Positions 25,953 to 36,300 of a DNA stretch of 64,000 nucleotides are shown piece after piece. Under the pieces are notes generated by a model that saw nothing but the letters and a program-made list of their open reading frames with translations, did not search any database and was not told where the DNA came from. This DNA comes from Takakia lepidozioides. Lineage: Eukaryota > Plantae > Bryophyta. Location: positions 6,882,001 to 6,946,000 of the forward strand of contig CM060732.1 in assembly GCA_030704615.1 (NCBI GenBank), written 5' to 3'. The position numbers were made by a program, and so were the translations under genes. Every line of letters begins with the position of its first letter. The first letter of the stretch is position 1.

Positions 25953-26646
25953 ATGACTGATTGTTCTGAGCGGGCTGAGTGCTTAGAGATTTCCAACTCT
26001 TCTATCTTGGAGTTCCTGCCTCGGATAGCAAAGGGATGGGTGAGTAAAAGCCGCGCGACATTTGGCGACCATACTGCGGAACTGGGTCATGAACAACCAG
26101 ATGTGACAGGCATCTGGTGGGATCATGGTGGATGGAGAATTAAAGAATTTGATGTGAATCAAATTCCCTGTGAAACTGAGAAGGAAAGATTGTCCAAACG
26201 ATTCTTTCAGAGGTTCTTGGAATTGCCAGACGGTTAAAGAAAACATTCTTAAAATAGTGCATGATGCTGACCCTGAATGGGGTCTGGAGAAAGGAGTGAT
26301 AAAGATTTATCAGGTGGCCTGTAGAGGAAGAGCACGTTGGTTACCAACACTGGTTTATGTGATAGCATTGCTATCCATTAAGCGAGTAGAGTTTGAAGGC
26401 TGGGAGGAAAGAAAGGTGAATGTTTATACTCATATGCATGAAGAGCTTGTACTGGTAAAGAATTGGATTCCAAAGGATATTTTGTGGATCAAACTCACAC
26501 CAAGAACAACTTTCCAGACTTGTTTGCCATATGGTTATATGGTAACGGAGACTTCAAGTATAGCCAAGGGTGCATTGAAGCTTGAAAGAAACCCAGGCAT
26601 ATACGAGAGATATTACAGAAGAGAGTTTTGGTTATTGCCACATTAA
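25953..26646 (+). pseudogene. Extra ORF 5' of gag (frameshifted, unknown function)
   Basis: Two overlapping sense ORFs (25953-26237, 26170-26646) with protein-like composition upstream of gag. Confidence 0.4.
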
Positions 26647-27813
26647 AAGAAATGAAAGACATGGGACATGAGTGATGAAAGAGAAGCTAGACGCCAGAGA
26701 TATTCAGCAAAAAGAGAAAGCTATCTGAAAGCTAATTATCCATATCTTTGGGAGAGAGGAATAGACATAGGGGAATCATCTGGACCTCTCACACCATTAA
26801 GATCAGAGAGTACATCACCCATACCGGAAGAACTAGAGTTGGATGCCACTCCTTCTTTTCTTTGCAAGAAAGATTAAGGGAATTGGTACGGGAAGAAGAT
26901 CAATCACGAGGTGAAAGATCTGAGGTACATCCCTGGATAAAAGATTTGACAGAATCTTTGATAAGAGTTGGCATGGAACACCAAAGCAGGAACTCCAGTT
27001 TCTGAAGCGGAAGGTGAAGAAGGAGGAGAGGATATGGCAGAGCCAACGGAGAGTTCAGACTCTCCAACACCATTGCAGTTGAGTTACATGAGTGAAGAAG
27101 AAACCCAAGGGCCGAACTTGGAGGATGAAAATAGAGAGAGAAAATTGGAAGAGGAAGAGTATGAAGAAGTAGACCCAACAGCTGAGGTTGAGACTACAAC
27201 CAGGACATCCCAACCCGTTGGACCTGGATCAAGTGGAGCACTTGGATCACAGGCCAACGAAGGTGTCGGCTCAGGGGCATCAGGCGGGCTGCCTGGATCT
27301 GGCTCTGGGGGACAGGGAGTGTGGGAAGTAGTGCAACTGGAGCTGGGAATACTGTGAATATCGTGGGGCCAGTAGCAGGGAGTGCTCAAGGGCCACCACT
27401 TGGTGGAAGATCCACCACAACAACAACAGGTCTTGAAGGACCAGCACCAGCAAGGGTGCCAGCACCTGTCAGTGGGCAGAAGATAGGGCCAGAGATGGCG
27501 TTAGAACCAACACGGGCAAAACCACCTTTTCCAATATATTTAGGAAAAAGGGATCCCGATGTACACATTAGCCAATTTGAGCACATGTATAGTGAACAAT
27601 GAGAATGACGATGATGCCAAGATGAGATTGTTTCCTTGTTCACTTATCAAGAAAACAAGTGAATGGTATGCAAGATTCCCTAATAATCATTTCCTAACCT
27701 GGAATGGCTTGAATACAGCATTCCGAAATAGGTTCAGGACAAGTAAAACTGAGGATGAAGTGTATGGAAATTTACAACAGTTAAAGCAAAGGAAGCATGA
27801 AACTGTTGAGGAG

Positions 27814-29957
27814 TGTAGTGTGAATGCAGGGGAGTAACATTGAAAATTTTGTTGGGCATCAAATTACGGCATTGATGAAAAAGGGAGTGCCTGGTACTAA
27901 TGTCGGGAGGGAATTACCCAGGCCTACAGGTAATTCCATGGGAACACTATGCTCTTGCTCTGCCAGGACAAATATGGCTAAGTCATAACATGCGCATTTT
28001 TCATCCTTGGAATGAATGATTTTCGTCGTGTATGTTTAACCTAGAAACTCGAGCTGAGGAAAACGAGGAGGAAGACGACGGGCAACTCTTCACAGCTGCT
28101 GCCGTGGAGTTGTCAGGCAGGCTGGCTTGGGAACTTACACCTGCGCCATGTGAATCAGCTTGCCTTAAAGCGCGACGTTAAGGGATCTGCTTGGCATTTT
28201 GTGCAAGGAGAAGCGGTGCCTCTTTCTGCGTGGTAATAATCAATTTTGAAAGCTGAGCAGGTGCTAAGAACGGTGCACTACCGCTGCCGCCATTGTCTTG
28301 AAGAGTACAGTTATGAGGAGATAGAGCGCAGCAACAGCTGTTGGGGAATGAGAAGTGCAGGCTGGTGTGGATGCGACTCGGGTTATCTGTAATTAAGACT
28401 TGTAGTTACCTTCTGTCTTAGAGCTGTAGGAGCACATCAATCCTTAGGGCAGAAGTACACATGTAGAAGGATAAGGTAGAGGTTGGCAAGCACAAGGATG
28501 TTGCCAGCTAATGAAGCAAGCCGTCATGACATGATGAGAACTGGAATCAAGATGAGAAGAAGCGTTGAATATGGCTGATGACAGCGATGGTGAGGTGCCA
28601 GCTTAGCAGCAGAACCCCGCTTCACACCGAGTATAGACAGATAAGTTCTAAGAGTGTTGGCTCTCTTTTGGGCACTAGGATGACTTTGTGAAGTTTTTGG
28701 AACTGTCTCTTGTATCTGCTGAAGGGGACAGAAATGTGAGGAGTAGAAAAGGCCTTTGAAAATGGAATGAAGACACTGGAATTCAAACCAGGATAGGGTG
28801 GAGATGGATGCACCTGTTGTTACACTGTCATTAGGAAAAAGATAGAGGGGACAAGGATAGCTCACATCAGGGTCAGAATGGTTGCTGTTGTTGTGTTCAT
28901 TTTCTTTATTTTCAGTGTCTTCAGCCAGCATAAGCAAACCAGCCCTGGATGTTAAAACAGTGGAGCCAGTGTAGAATTAGCTTGGTGGATAAAGGAGAAC
29001 AGGGATGGTCAGACAGAAACGGATTTGAAGAACTGAGAGGGATGACGTGGATGGGGAAGAAAAGTCAATACTGTTTTGGGGTTTGGATCTGATTTATAGA
29101 AGTGTTCTCAACATGTGAATGACTGAGGTTTGCAATTGAGGAGAAAAAGAGAGCTGTCAGGGTGTGTGATTTGAGATCTGTAGAAGGGTTGTGAAGCACC
29201 TTGGCCAAATAGGATCCACTTGGGGAAAGATAGTGCAAGGACCAGTCACTGGAGAGAGAGAAAAAGAGAAAGACCGACAGAGGGGCAGATCATGTCTTGT
29301 AACCAAGGTTGACTTCAATGATGGATGCATTGGATGCCTGGCTGGATGTGCATTTGCATTGCATCATAGCCATGCTGTTGTGAAAAAGTGAGGAATCCAC
29401 ACACCAAGGAAAAAGGATTTGAGAGAAAGAAAAAGTGAAAAGGGAGAAGGGTTGATGAGGGATGGACAAATGGAGAGGCAAGGTCAAGAAGACATGAACC
29501 CTGAATGATCAAACTAGTGGGCCTGCAGTTCATGGCAGATCTGAGCTGTCCACCCACCTAGACCGTGATCTCATTACAAAAAGGGGCTTCCGACGTGTTG
29601 CAGACCAAGGGAACTGCCCACAAGGGCAGTGTTTATCACTGACATAGGGCTGATTGCATCACTGAATACATCGTGGCAGCATAGTTGGTGCTGTACCTGC
29701 AGGTAGAGGATGTTGTGTAAAAGGTAGAACCAAGAGTGAACAACAATTTGACTCCCCATCCATGTCTTCTCTTCCGCTGCGGCGTGGATGAGGATTGCTT
29801 GAACTCTGATCACGAAGGAGCTGAGGGAAACCCACAGCCAACTGACGACAGTAGGACAGAAAAGAAGAACCTTCTTTCTTTTGCTCCGCTTAGAATGGAA
29901 GGAAGCACAATTAGAATTATACAGAAGGGGATTCACGCCCCTTCTTTTCACACTACA
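27814..29957. mobile_element. 2144-bp insertion with TGTAGTGTGAA..TTCACACTACA termini and 3-bp TSD (GAG)
   Basis: 11-bp perfect inverted termini. GAG at 27811-27813 and 29958-29960. Removing the insertion restores gag 'KHETVEEYMEKM'. No recognisable ORF inside. Confidence 0.85.
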
Positions 29958-31790
29958 GAGTATATGGAAAAGATGGAATTGATGATGAAAAAGCTGGCTG
30001 CTGTACCAGCACTAGGTTTACGGAAGACTTGGTTTGTGAGTGGACTAAGACCAGAGTTGCAAAAGAAAGTGGATATGTTACCCCATAATACAGTGGAGGA
30101 GGCATTTGAAACAGCAAACAGAATTGAGCAATTGGGAATGCTCAGGAGAGAGAAAAAGGATGATGAGGACTCTGAGGATAAGTCAGATGAAGAAGAAGAG
30201 CAAGAACTAAAAATGAAGAGTAAGAGAAAGTAGAAGTTGAAGAGGGATAACTATGAGAAATGATTAGAAGAAATCTTGAAGAAGTATGCCACAGAGGCTG
30301 CAACACATTGGAGGAAGGGTGTATGGTGTGCAAAGTGCCAGAATGAAGGCCATACCACCACTGAATGCCACATGAAGGAGAAACACTGTACTATCTGTAA
30401 AATGGATAACCATTCTACTGAGAATTGTTACTACAACAGAAGGACAGTTGCAAGAGAACCTAGGCAAGTAAGGGTGCATCAGGTGCAGCCCCAGCCAAGA
30501 AGAAATAATGATCAGGACCACTATGGTAGGTCTGGTGGTTATAACAATGGCATGGAAGGGAGAGGTAATTCAAGAGGGAATTACCAAGGAAATTCCAGAG
30601 GCAACTATCAGGGTAATCCAAGGGGGAATTACCAGCCCGGGAATCAGGATTATAGAAATAATCCAAGAGCAGACCAAGGGCGAGGACCCAATGGTGAAGA
30701 ACTGTGTTACTATTGTAATCAGCCAGGACATCGCAAGGCAGCCTGTTCATTATGGATTAGACACCAGAATGAGATGAGAGCTCCTGTGAATGAGGGCCCA
30801 GTGGTGGCAGCTCACATGGTTAGGCCATGTGTTGTACCAGAAGTAAGTACAATGATAGTAACAAGAAGCAAAGCCAAACTAATACCTCCAGTAGTTGAGG
30901 AAGATGATGATAATGAAGGTGGTAGTGATATGCCTGAAGATGATGAGGCTTGGAGAGATGAGAAGGAACTGCACAAGGAAGTGGCAGATACCATAAGGGA
31001 AATGCAGAAGAGTACTGATATTCCTGTGGCAGATTCCTCTGATTCTGATGGAGAAGAAGAAGTGAGTGAGGATGAAAGGAAGAAAGAAGTTGCAGACATG
31101 CAAAGTAATGAAGGGACTTTGGCTGAAGTAATATGCCAGACCAAAGCAGAGATTACCATTGGAGAGCTATTGGCTGTGGCACCTTATTGTAGACACAGGC
31201 TGTATCAAGCAATCAATCGAATTGCCCAGGAGACAGGAAACACAGACCTGAACAGCAAGGTGACCAGTTATAATGTGAAGCCGGAAGGGCGAGAAACAGT
31301 CATGGACTTTGATGATTCTATGCCAGTAATCCAATTGAGAATTGGAAGCACAGAACTAACTGATGTACTGGTAGATGGAGGCTCTGGAGTAAATATCATA
31401 ACAGACCAATTAAGAAAGAAGCTTGGTCTAAGTAACATGAAACCAGCCCCATTTACAGTAACAATGGCAGATCAAAAGAGTGTACAGCCATTGGGATTAA
31501 TAAGAGGAGTTAAGATACAGATACAGAAGATGATCTTTATGATCACAGTAACTGTGTTGAAGATGGATGAAGCCATGGAGGCTTACTCCTTATTATTGGG
31601 ACGTCCGTGGCTGAAACAGGCCAGGGTATTCCATGACTGGAATTCTCAGTTACTAACCGTGCATAATGGGATGCACGAGATACAAATTACCACAAAGAAA
31701 TCTAGTAGATTACCTGCTACGAGAAGACCTCGAGGGGTCAGAGAGTATGACTGGAGAAGAGGACTGGATGAGGAGCAGGAAGCTCACCTG

Positions 31791-32024
31791 CTCATCAGCT
31801 GTGATTGTCCAACCAGTCACCACTTCATCCTGTAAACTCACAGTGGCTGGTTCCTCTAGGATTTCCATTTCTCCTTCTCTTTCTTCATAGAAATGTGATG
31901 GGTAACTGCTGGTTTCCTCTTCAATTGGTGTTGCTGACACTACACCACAGCAGATACTTCTTAAACAACTTAGGCCTTCTAGCCGCATCTCTGCAACCTA
32001 CTCCCACTCTGGGTGTGCCGCAAA
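31791..32024. other. Small inversion inside pol
   Basis: Purine skew flips. Re-inverting gives EEQEAHLFAAHPEWE*VAEMRLE..TITADEQ.REVNVGTEE. Flanked by CTCACCTG / CAGGGGAG inverted microhomology. Confidence 0.8.
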
Positions 32025-34336
32025 CAGGGGAGGGAAGTGAATGTGGGAACTGAAGAGGAACCGAGGATGGTGAAGGTAGGAGCTGAATTGGAGCCAGAAT
32101 TCTTTGAAGAAGCTAAGAGTTGGTTCATCAAATACAGAGATGTATTTGCTTGGAGCTATGAGGATCTAAAAGGGATACCACCTGAAAATTTGTCAGCATA
32201 AGATTGAACTGGAACCAGGATCAGTACCAATCAAGCAGGCAAGGTACAGAATGAATCCCAACTATGCACAGAAGGTTGGAGAAGAGATCAAGAAGTTGGC
32301 TGAGGCTAAGTTTATATACCCAATAGAGTATACAACTTGGTTGTCACCCATTGTGATAGTTCCCAAGAAGAATGGTAAACTAAGAGTTTGTATGAACTAC
32401 AAGAAGCTGAATGCTTGTACGAAGAAAGATCCTTTCCCTTTGCCATTCACAGAAGCAGTATTGGACATTGTGGCAGGCCATGAGATGTACTCATTCATGG
32501 ATGGCTTCAGTGGTTATAATCAAGTGCAAGTGGCAGAAGAAGACCAAGGAAAGACAGCTTTCATCACAGACTGGGGTGCTTATGCATACAAAGTCATGCC
32601 CTTTGGACTTTGTAATGCACCAGCAACCTTTCAGAGAATGATAAGTGAATCTTTTCATGAGTATCTGGATGATTTCATGCAGGTGTTCTTGGATGATTTC
32701 AGTGTGTACAGCTCTAAGAATGAGCACTTGCATAAATTGGAGTTATGTCTGGCCAGATGCAGGATGAGAGGTCTGGGCCTAAATCCAGAGAAGTGTACTT
32801 TCTGTGTGAACTCAGGGGTGCTGTTGGGACACATTGTGTGCAAGAAGGGACTTCTTGTGGATTCCAGAAAGACAGAGGCCATTAAAGCCTCTCCACCCCC
32901 AGTAAATGCAAAGAGTCTAAGGAGATTCCTGGGACAAACCAGCTATTACAGAAGATTTGTCAGACGGTATGCACAGATAGCAGCACCATTGAGCAAACTT
33001 CTGAAGAAAGATGCAGTGTTTGCATGGACACCTGAATGTCAACAGGCTTTTGAGGAACTTACATTGTCAGTAACAACTACACCTGTGCTGATTAATCCTC
33101 ACTGGCAGGAAATATTTCATGTTCATTGTGATGCTTCTGGAGAAGCACTAGGAGCAGTGTTAGCCCAAAATGTTACAGGAAGGATAGATTCACCTGTGTA
33201 CTATGCTAGCCGATTGATGAACAATGCCGAAAGAAATTATAGCACATCGGAAAGAGAAGCATTGGCAATGATCTATGCAGTGAAGAAATTCAGGCATTAC
33301 CTGTTGGGCAAGAAGTTTATGTTCTATGTGGATCACCAGGCTCTGATATACCTGGTAAACAAACCTCTGATAAGCGGAAGAATAGCAAGATGGTTGATAA
33401 TCTTGCACGAGTTTGAGTTCGAGGTTGTTTACAAGCCTGGGAGGCTGCATCTCGTGGCGGATCACTTGTCACGGTTATCAACATGAGAACCAGCCACGGG
33501 AGTAGATGATCAATTACCATATGCGAGTCTATTTGCAGTGGAGGTGCATGGAAGTGCAGATGACTGGTTAGATTGGCAGTGGCCAATCAAATACTACCTT
33601 GCTCATGGTCAGTGCCCACCAAGTTATGGAAAGGAGTAGAGAAAGAGAATTGCTATCAAGGCTCTACCTTACACTATGGTAGGGAGCAGAATATATAAAC
33701 TAGGACCGGATGGAGTGCTGAAGCGATGCTTATACCACCATGAAGTTAATAAAGTTTTGGAGGAAGTTCATAAAGGAGTGGCAGGAGGTCATTTTGGAGA
33801 AGAGACTACCAGTAGGAAGATACTACATGCAGGTTACTGGTGGCCTACTTTGTTCAAAGATGTACACAAGTATGGGGGCTGCTATTTCATGAGCCATGAG
33901 CCATGAGCGGCATGAGCCATGAGCGGAGTCGTAAGTGTGGAAAAAAACATGAGCAGCACTATTTTCCGGAAATGAGTGTCCGCGGGAATAGGGTTTAGGG
34001 TGCCACGGTCATAGGGGGAGAAGGACCTCCCGATGAAGGAGGTTCGGCAATGTTATTTAGAATTATATATTGAAAGGCAATGTTTCGCGAATGGAAGGGT
34101 GGTACTGCTCTGTACAATGGGGGCCCATTTCAGCCTACCAGCCACTTGCAAAATCCACCCACACTCCCAATCCCAAACGAAATGAGCAATGACGCATTCT
34201 CGGAACGATGGACACAAAATAGAATAAAAAGAGGGCACAATGAGGTTTTTATTGATCCACATGAATTGCATTTGAAGCACGTCTACTGTGCTGATTGTGC
34301 AATCAAATCTTTAGCCCTGTGCCTACTGAATACAAG

Positions 34337-35113
34337 TCACGTTGTCAATGGGACTTCGACTGCTCTCAGAACTAGCTCATGAGTCATGGGGCTCCTCCAG
34401 GTAAAGTCGATTGCAGCCGTTGTACCGCCCCTAGTGATGTTCACCACAATGTCCTGCCCTTCAATCATACCACCATCGAATATGGAAATCTTCACGTTTT
34501 CGTCGTCCACACCAATGCGAATGTCCCCATACAATGGAGAAGAGGAGCGCACTCCTTCAGGAGAAGAGGTCTCTCCGATGGAGTCCACCCACGTCCAGTG
34601 GCAGCAGTTCCACCGCAACAGCATAGCAGTGTGCCTTCTTCTGCATGGGTGACCGTCGTAGCTGGGAAAATCGGAATCGAGGATGCGCAGGAGCCACGGA
34701 CTCCTCAGACCAAGATCGTCACCCCGCTCGAAGGCGTAGTGGCCTAGGATATACTCAAAAGCCACCAATGTTTCCACAATCGAACCAGTATCTTCTGTGT
34801 AATCTGTGTACCAGATAACAATGTCTCCCGATGTGGCCGAATACATTGCATAATCGATGCCTCCAAATGGGCAGTCATCCCGGTTCCGGAAGCACGGCAT
34901 CATTGCAAAGGAGGACCTGAGGACGACTTGGATGCAGATGACAATGACCTTGCGGACAGCTACGAAGCCCTTAGATTTTCGAAATGATGCGAAGCGGAAG
35001 AGCAGTCCGACCTCCAATAATGGAGCATCTGGGTCCCACGTACCCACCGACGGAGGTGGAACGTGTTCATCACGCCAGCGGTGGATGAACCCATACATCT
35101 TTCTCATCAACAA
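34337..35113 (-). CDS. Orphan accessory protein (RWNCCxWT family), copy B
   Basis: Open in B and B'; diverged homolog in C. The true start may be internal (MMPCFRN). Confidence 0.7.
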   Translation of the reverse strand: MLMRKMYGFIHRWRDEHVPPPSVGTWDPDAPLLEVGLLFRFASFRKSKGFVAVRKVIVICIQVVLRSSFAMMPCFRNRDDCPFGGIDYAMYSATSGDIVIWYTDYTEDTGSIVETLVAFEYILGHYAFERGDDLGLRSPWLLRILDSDFPSYDGHPCRRRHTAMLLRWNCCHWTWVDSIGETSSPEGVRSSSPLYGDIRIGVDDENVKISIFDGGMIEGQDIVVNITRGGTTAAIDFTWRSPMTHELVLRAVEVPLTT

Positions 35114-35389
35114 GTTATAGTTTCAGATCTGCCACCGAAGTCCATCCCCCCGGATGGAAATTCGGCGCCGCATTTACATCGAAGAGGGGATGGACTTCGT
35201 CGTGTCCAGTGGCTATCGGCTCACCTGGCAGTGACTGCCCATAGTTTGCATGGCAGGGTAGGAAACTGAAACGGCTACATTCATGCAGCAGCCAATCTTC
35301 ATCGGTCCAGGATCCTTTACAATTTGTCTGTCCGGATGAATATACCAGAGTAACCGGTATGAGAGTCATGTGTCAAGAATATACCAGAG

Positions 35390-36160
35390 TAACGCCATGT
35401 CGGACATTGAAATGCGGCACCGCATTTCCATGTCGGACATTGGAATGCGGTGCCGCATTTCAATGCCGACATGGAAATGTATGAACCGCATTTCAGTGTC
35501 GGACAATGGAATGTGATGCATCATTATCGTCCAGGTACACGAAATACCAACACGGGTCTATAAATTGGACAGACAACGAGGTTGGCATTGCAAATGCGGC
35601 GACGCATTTCCAGCTTGGCAATGGAAACTTCTTTTTGGACAAGGGAATGTGGTGCCGCATTTCCATCCAACACTTCAAAAAGTGTGACATTTCCGACCAG
35701 CGCGATGGAATGCGTTACCGCATTTCCGTGAGTGGGTCTGCAAAAGGACAAATTGCGATGTCCATTCTGGAAATACGGCGCCGCATTTCCATGTCCGTCA
35801 TCGATTTTTTTTTGACAATAGAATGCGGTGCCAATTTTTGCTGATGGGCCTGCAGTTCGAAGAAAGACCATCCCCAATATGGAAATGCGGCACCGCATTT
35901 CCAATTCCGCCATTTCGACCTCCTTGTTTGACCTCTGTAAGCGTGGTGGCATCCATGCAATGAGCGGGAGAGGCCAAAACTGGCGTGTGGACAAAGGAAA
36001 TTTTGGAAATACGGCACCGCATTTCCAATCGGCCGATTACTTTTTACTATGCAAACATTGAAATGGAAAATTTAGTCCCTCCCCTGTTTTGGAAATGCGG
36101 TGCCGCATTTCCAAAAGAGGTTTTTAGAGTTGCCAAAATTTTGGAAATGCGGTGCCCCAT
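35390..36160. repeat. Dispersed GGAAATGCGG[C/T][G/A]CCGCATTTCC palindromes
   Basis: Numerous copies between the orphan gene and the ParB-MTase gene; the equivalent block in B' is at ~49815-50500. Confidence 0.88.
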
Positions 36161-36300
36161 TTCTGATTTTGGGAGCGTCGTGGTTTGGGCGATTGTGTGG
36201 CTGGAATGCACACTGGAGAGGGGTCACGAATGTCGGGCAGAATTTCCTTTATATACTCTGGAAGAGAATTTACATTTACAGAGACTTCATTAAAATTCTA

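Larger units (their letters stand above)
20029..33873 (+). mobile_element. Degenerate non-chromovirus Ty3/gypsy retrotransposon sequence (Athila/Tat-like); 3' part precedes 5' part
   Basis: Order: integrase C-terminus, long extra ORF, polypurine tracts, then 5' ORF, gag, protease, RT, RNase H and the integrase zinc-binding start, which is cut by MULE B. Confidence 0.85.
26668..33873 (+). pseudogene. gag-pol (gag, zinc knuckles, aspartic protease, RT, RNase H, integrase N-terminus), interrupted
   Basis: gag 'PIYLGKRDPDVHISQFE..MRLFPCSL'; CxxCx4Hx4C knuckles; VLVDGGSGVN; DGFSGYNQV and FLDDFSV; HCDASG..NYSTSERE..VDHQAL; VHKGVAGGHFG..YWWPTL. 5' start uncertain. Confidence 0.9.

Noticed and set aside
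27814-29957. CACTA transposon
   Set aside because: The CACTA/TAGTG motifs have the wrong polarity and no TnpA/TnpD sequence was seen.
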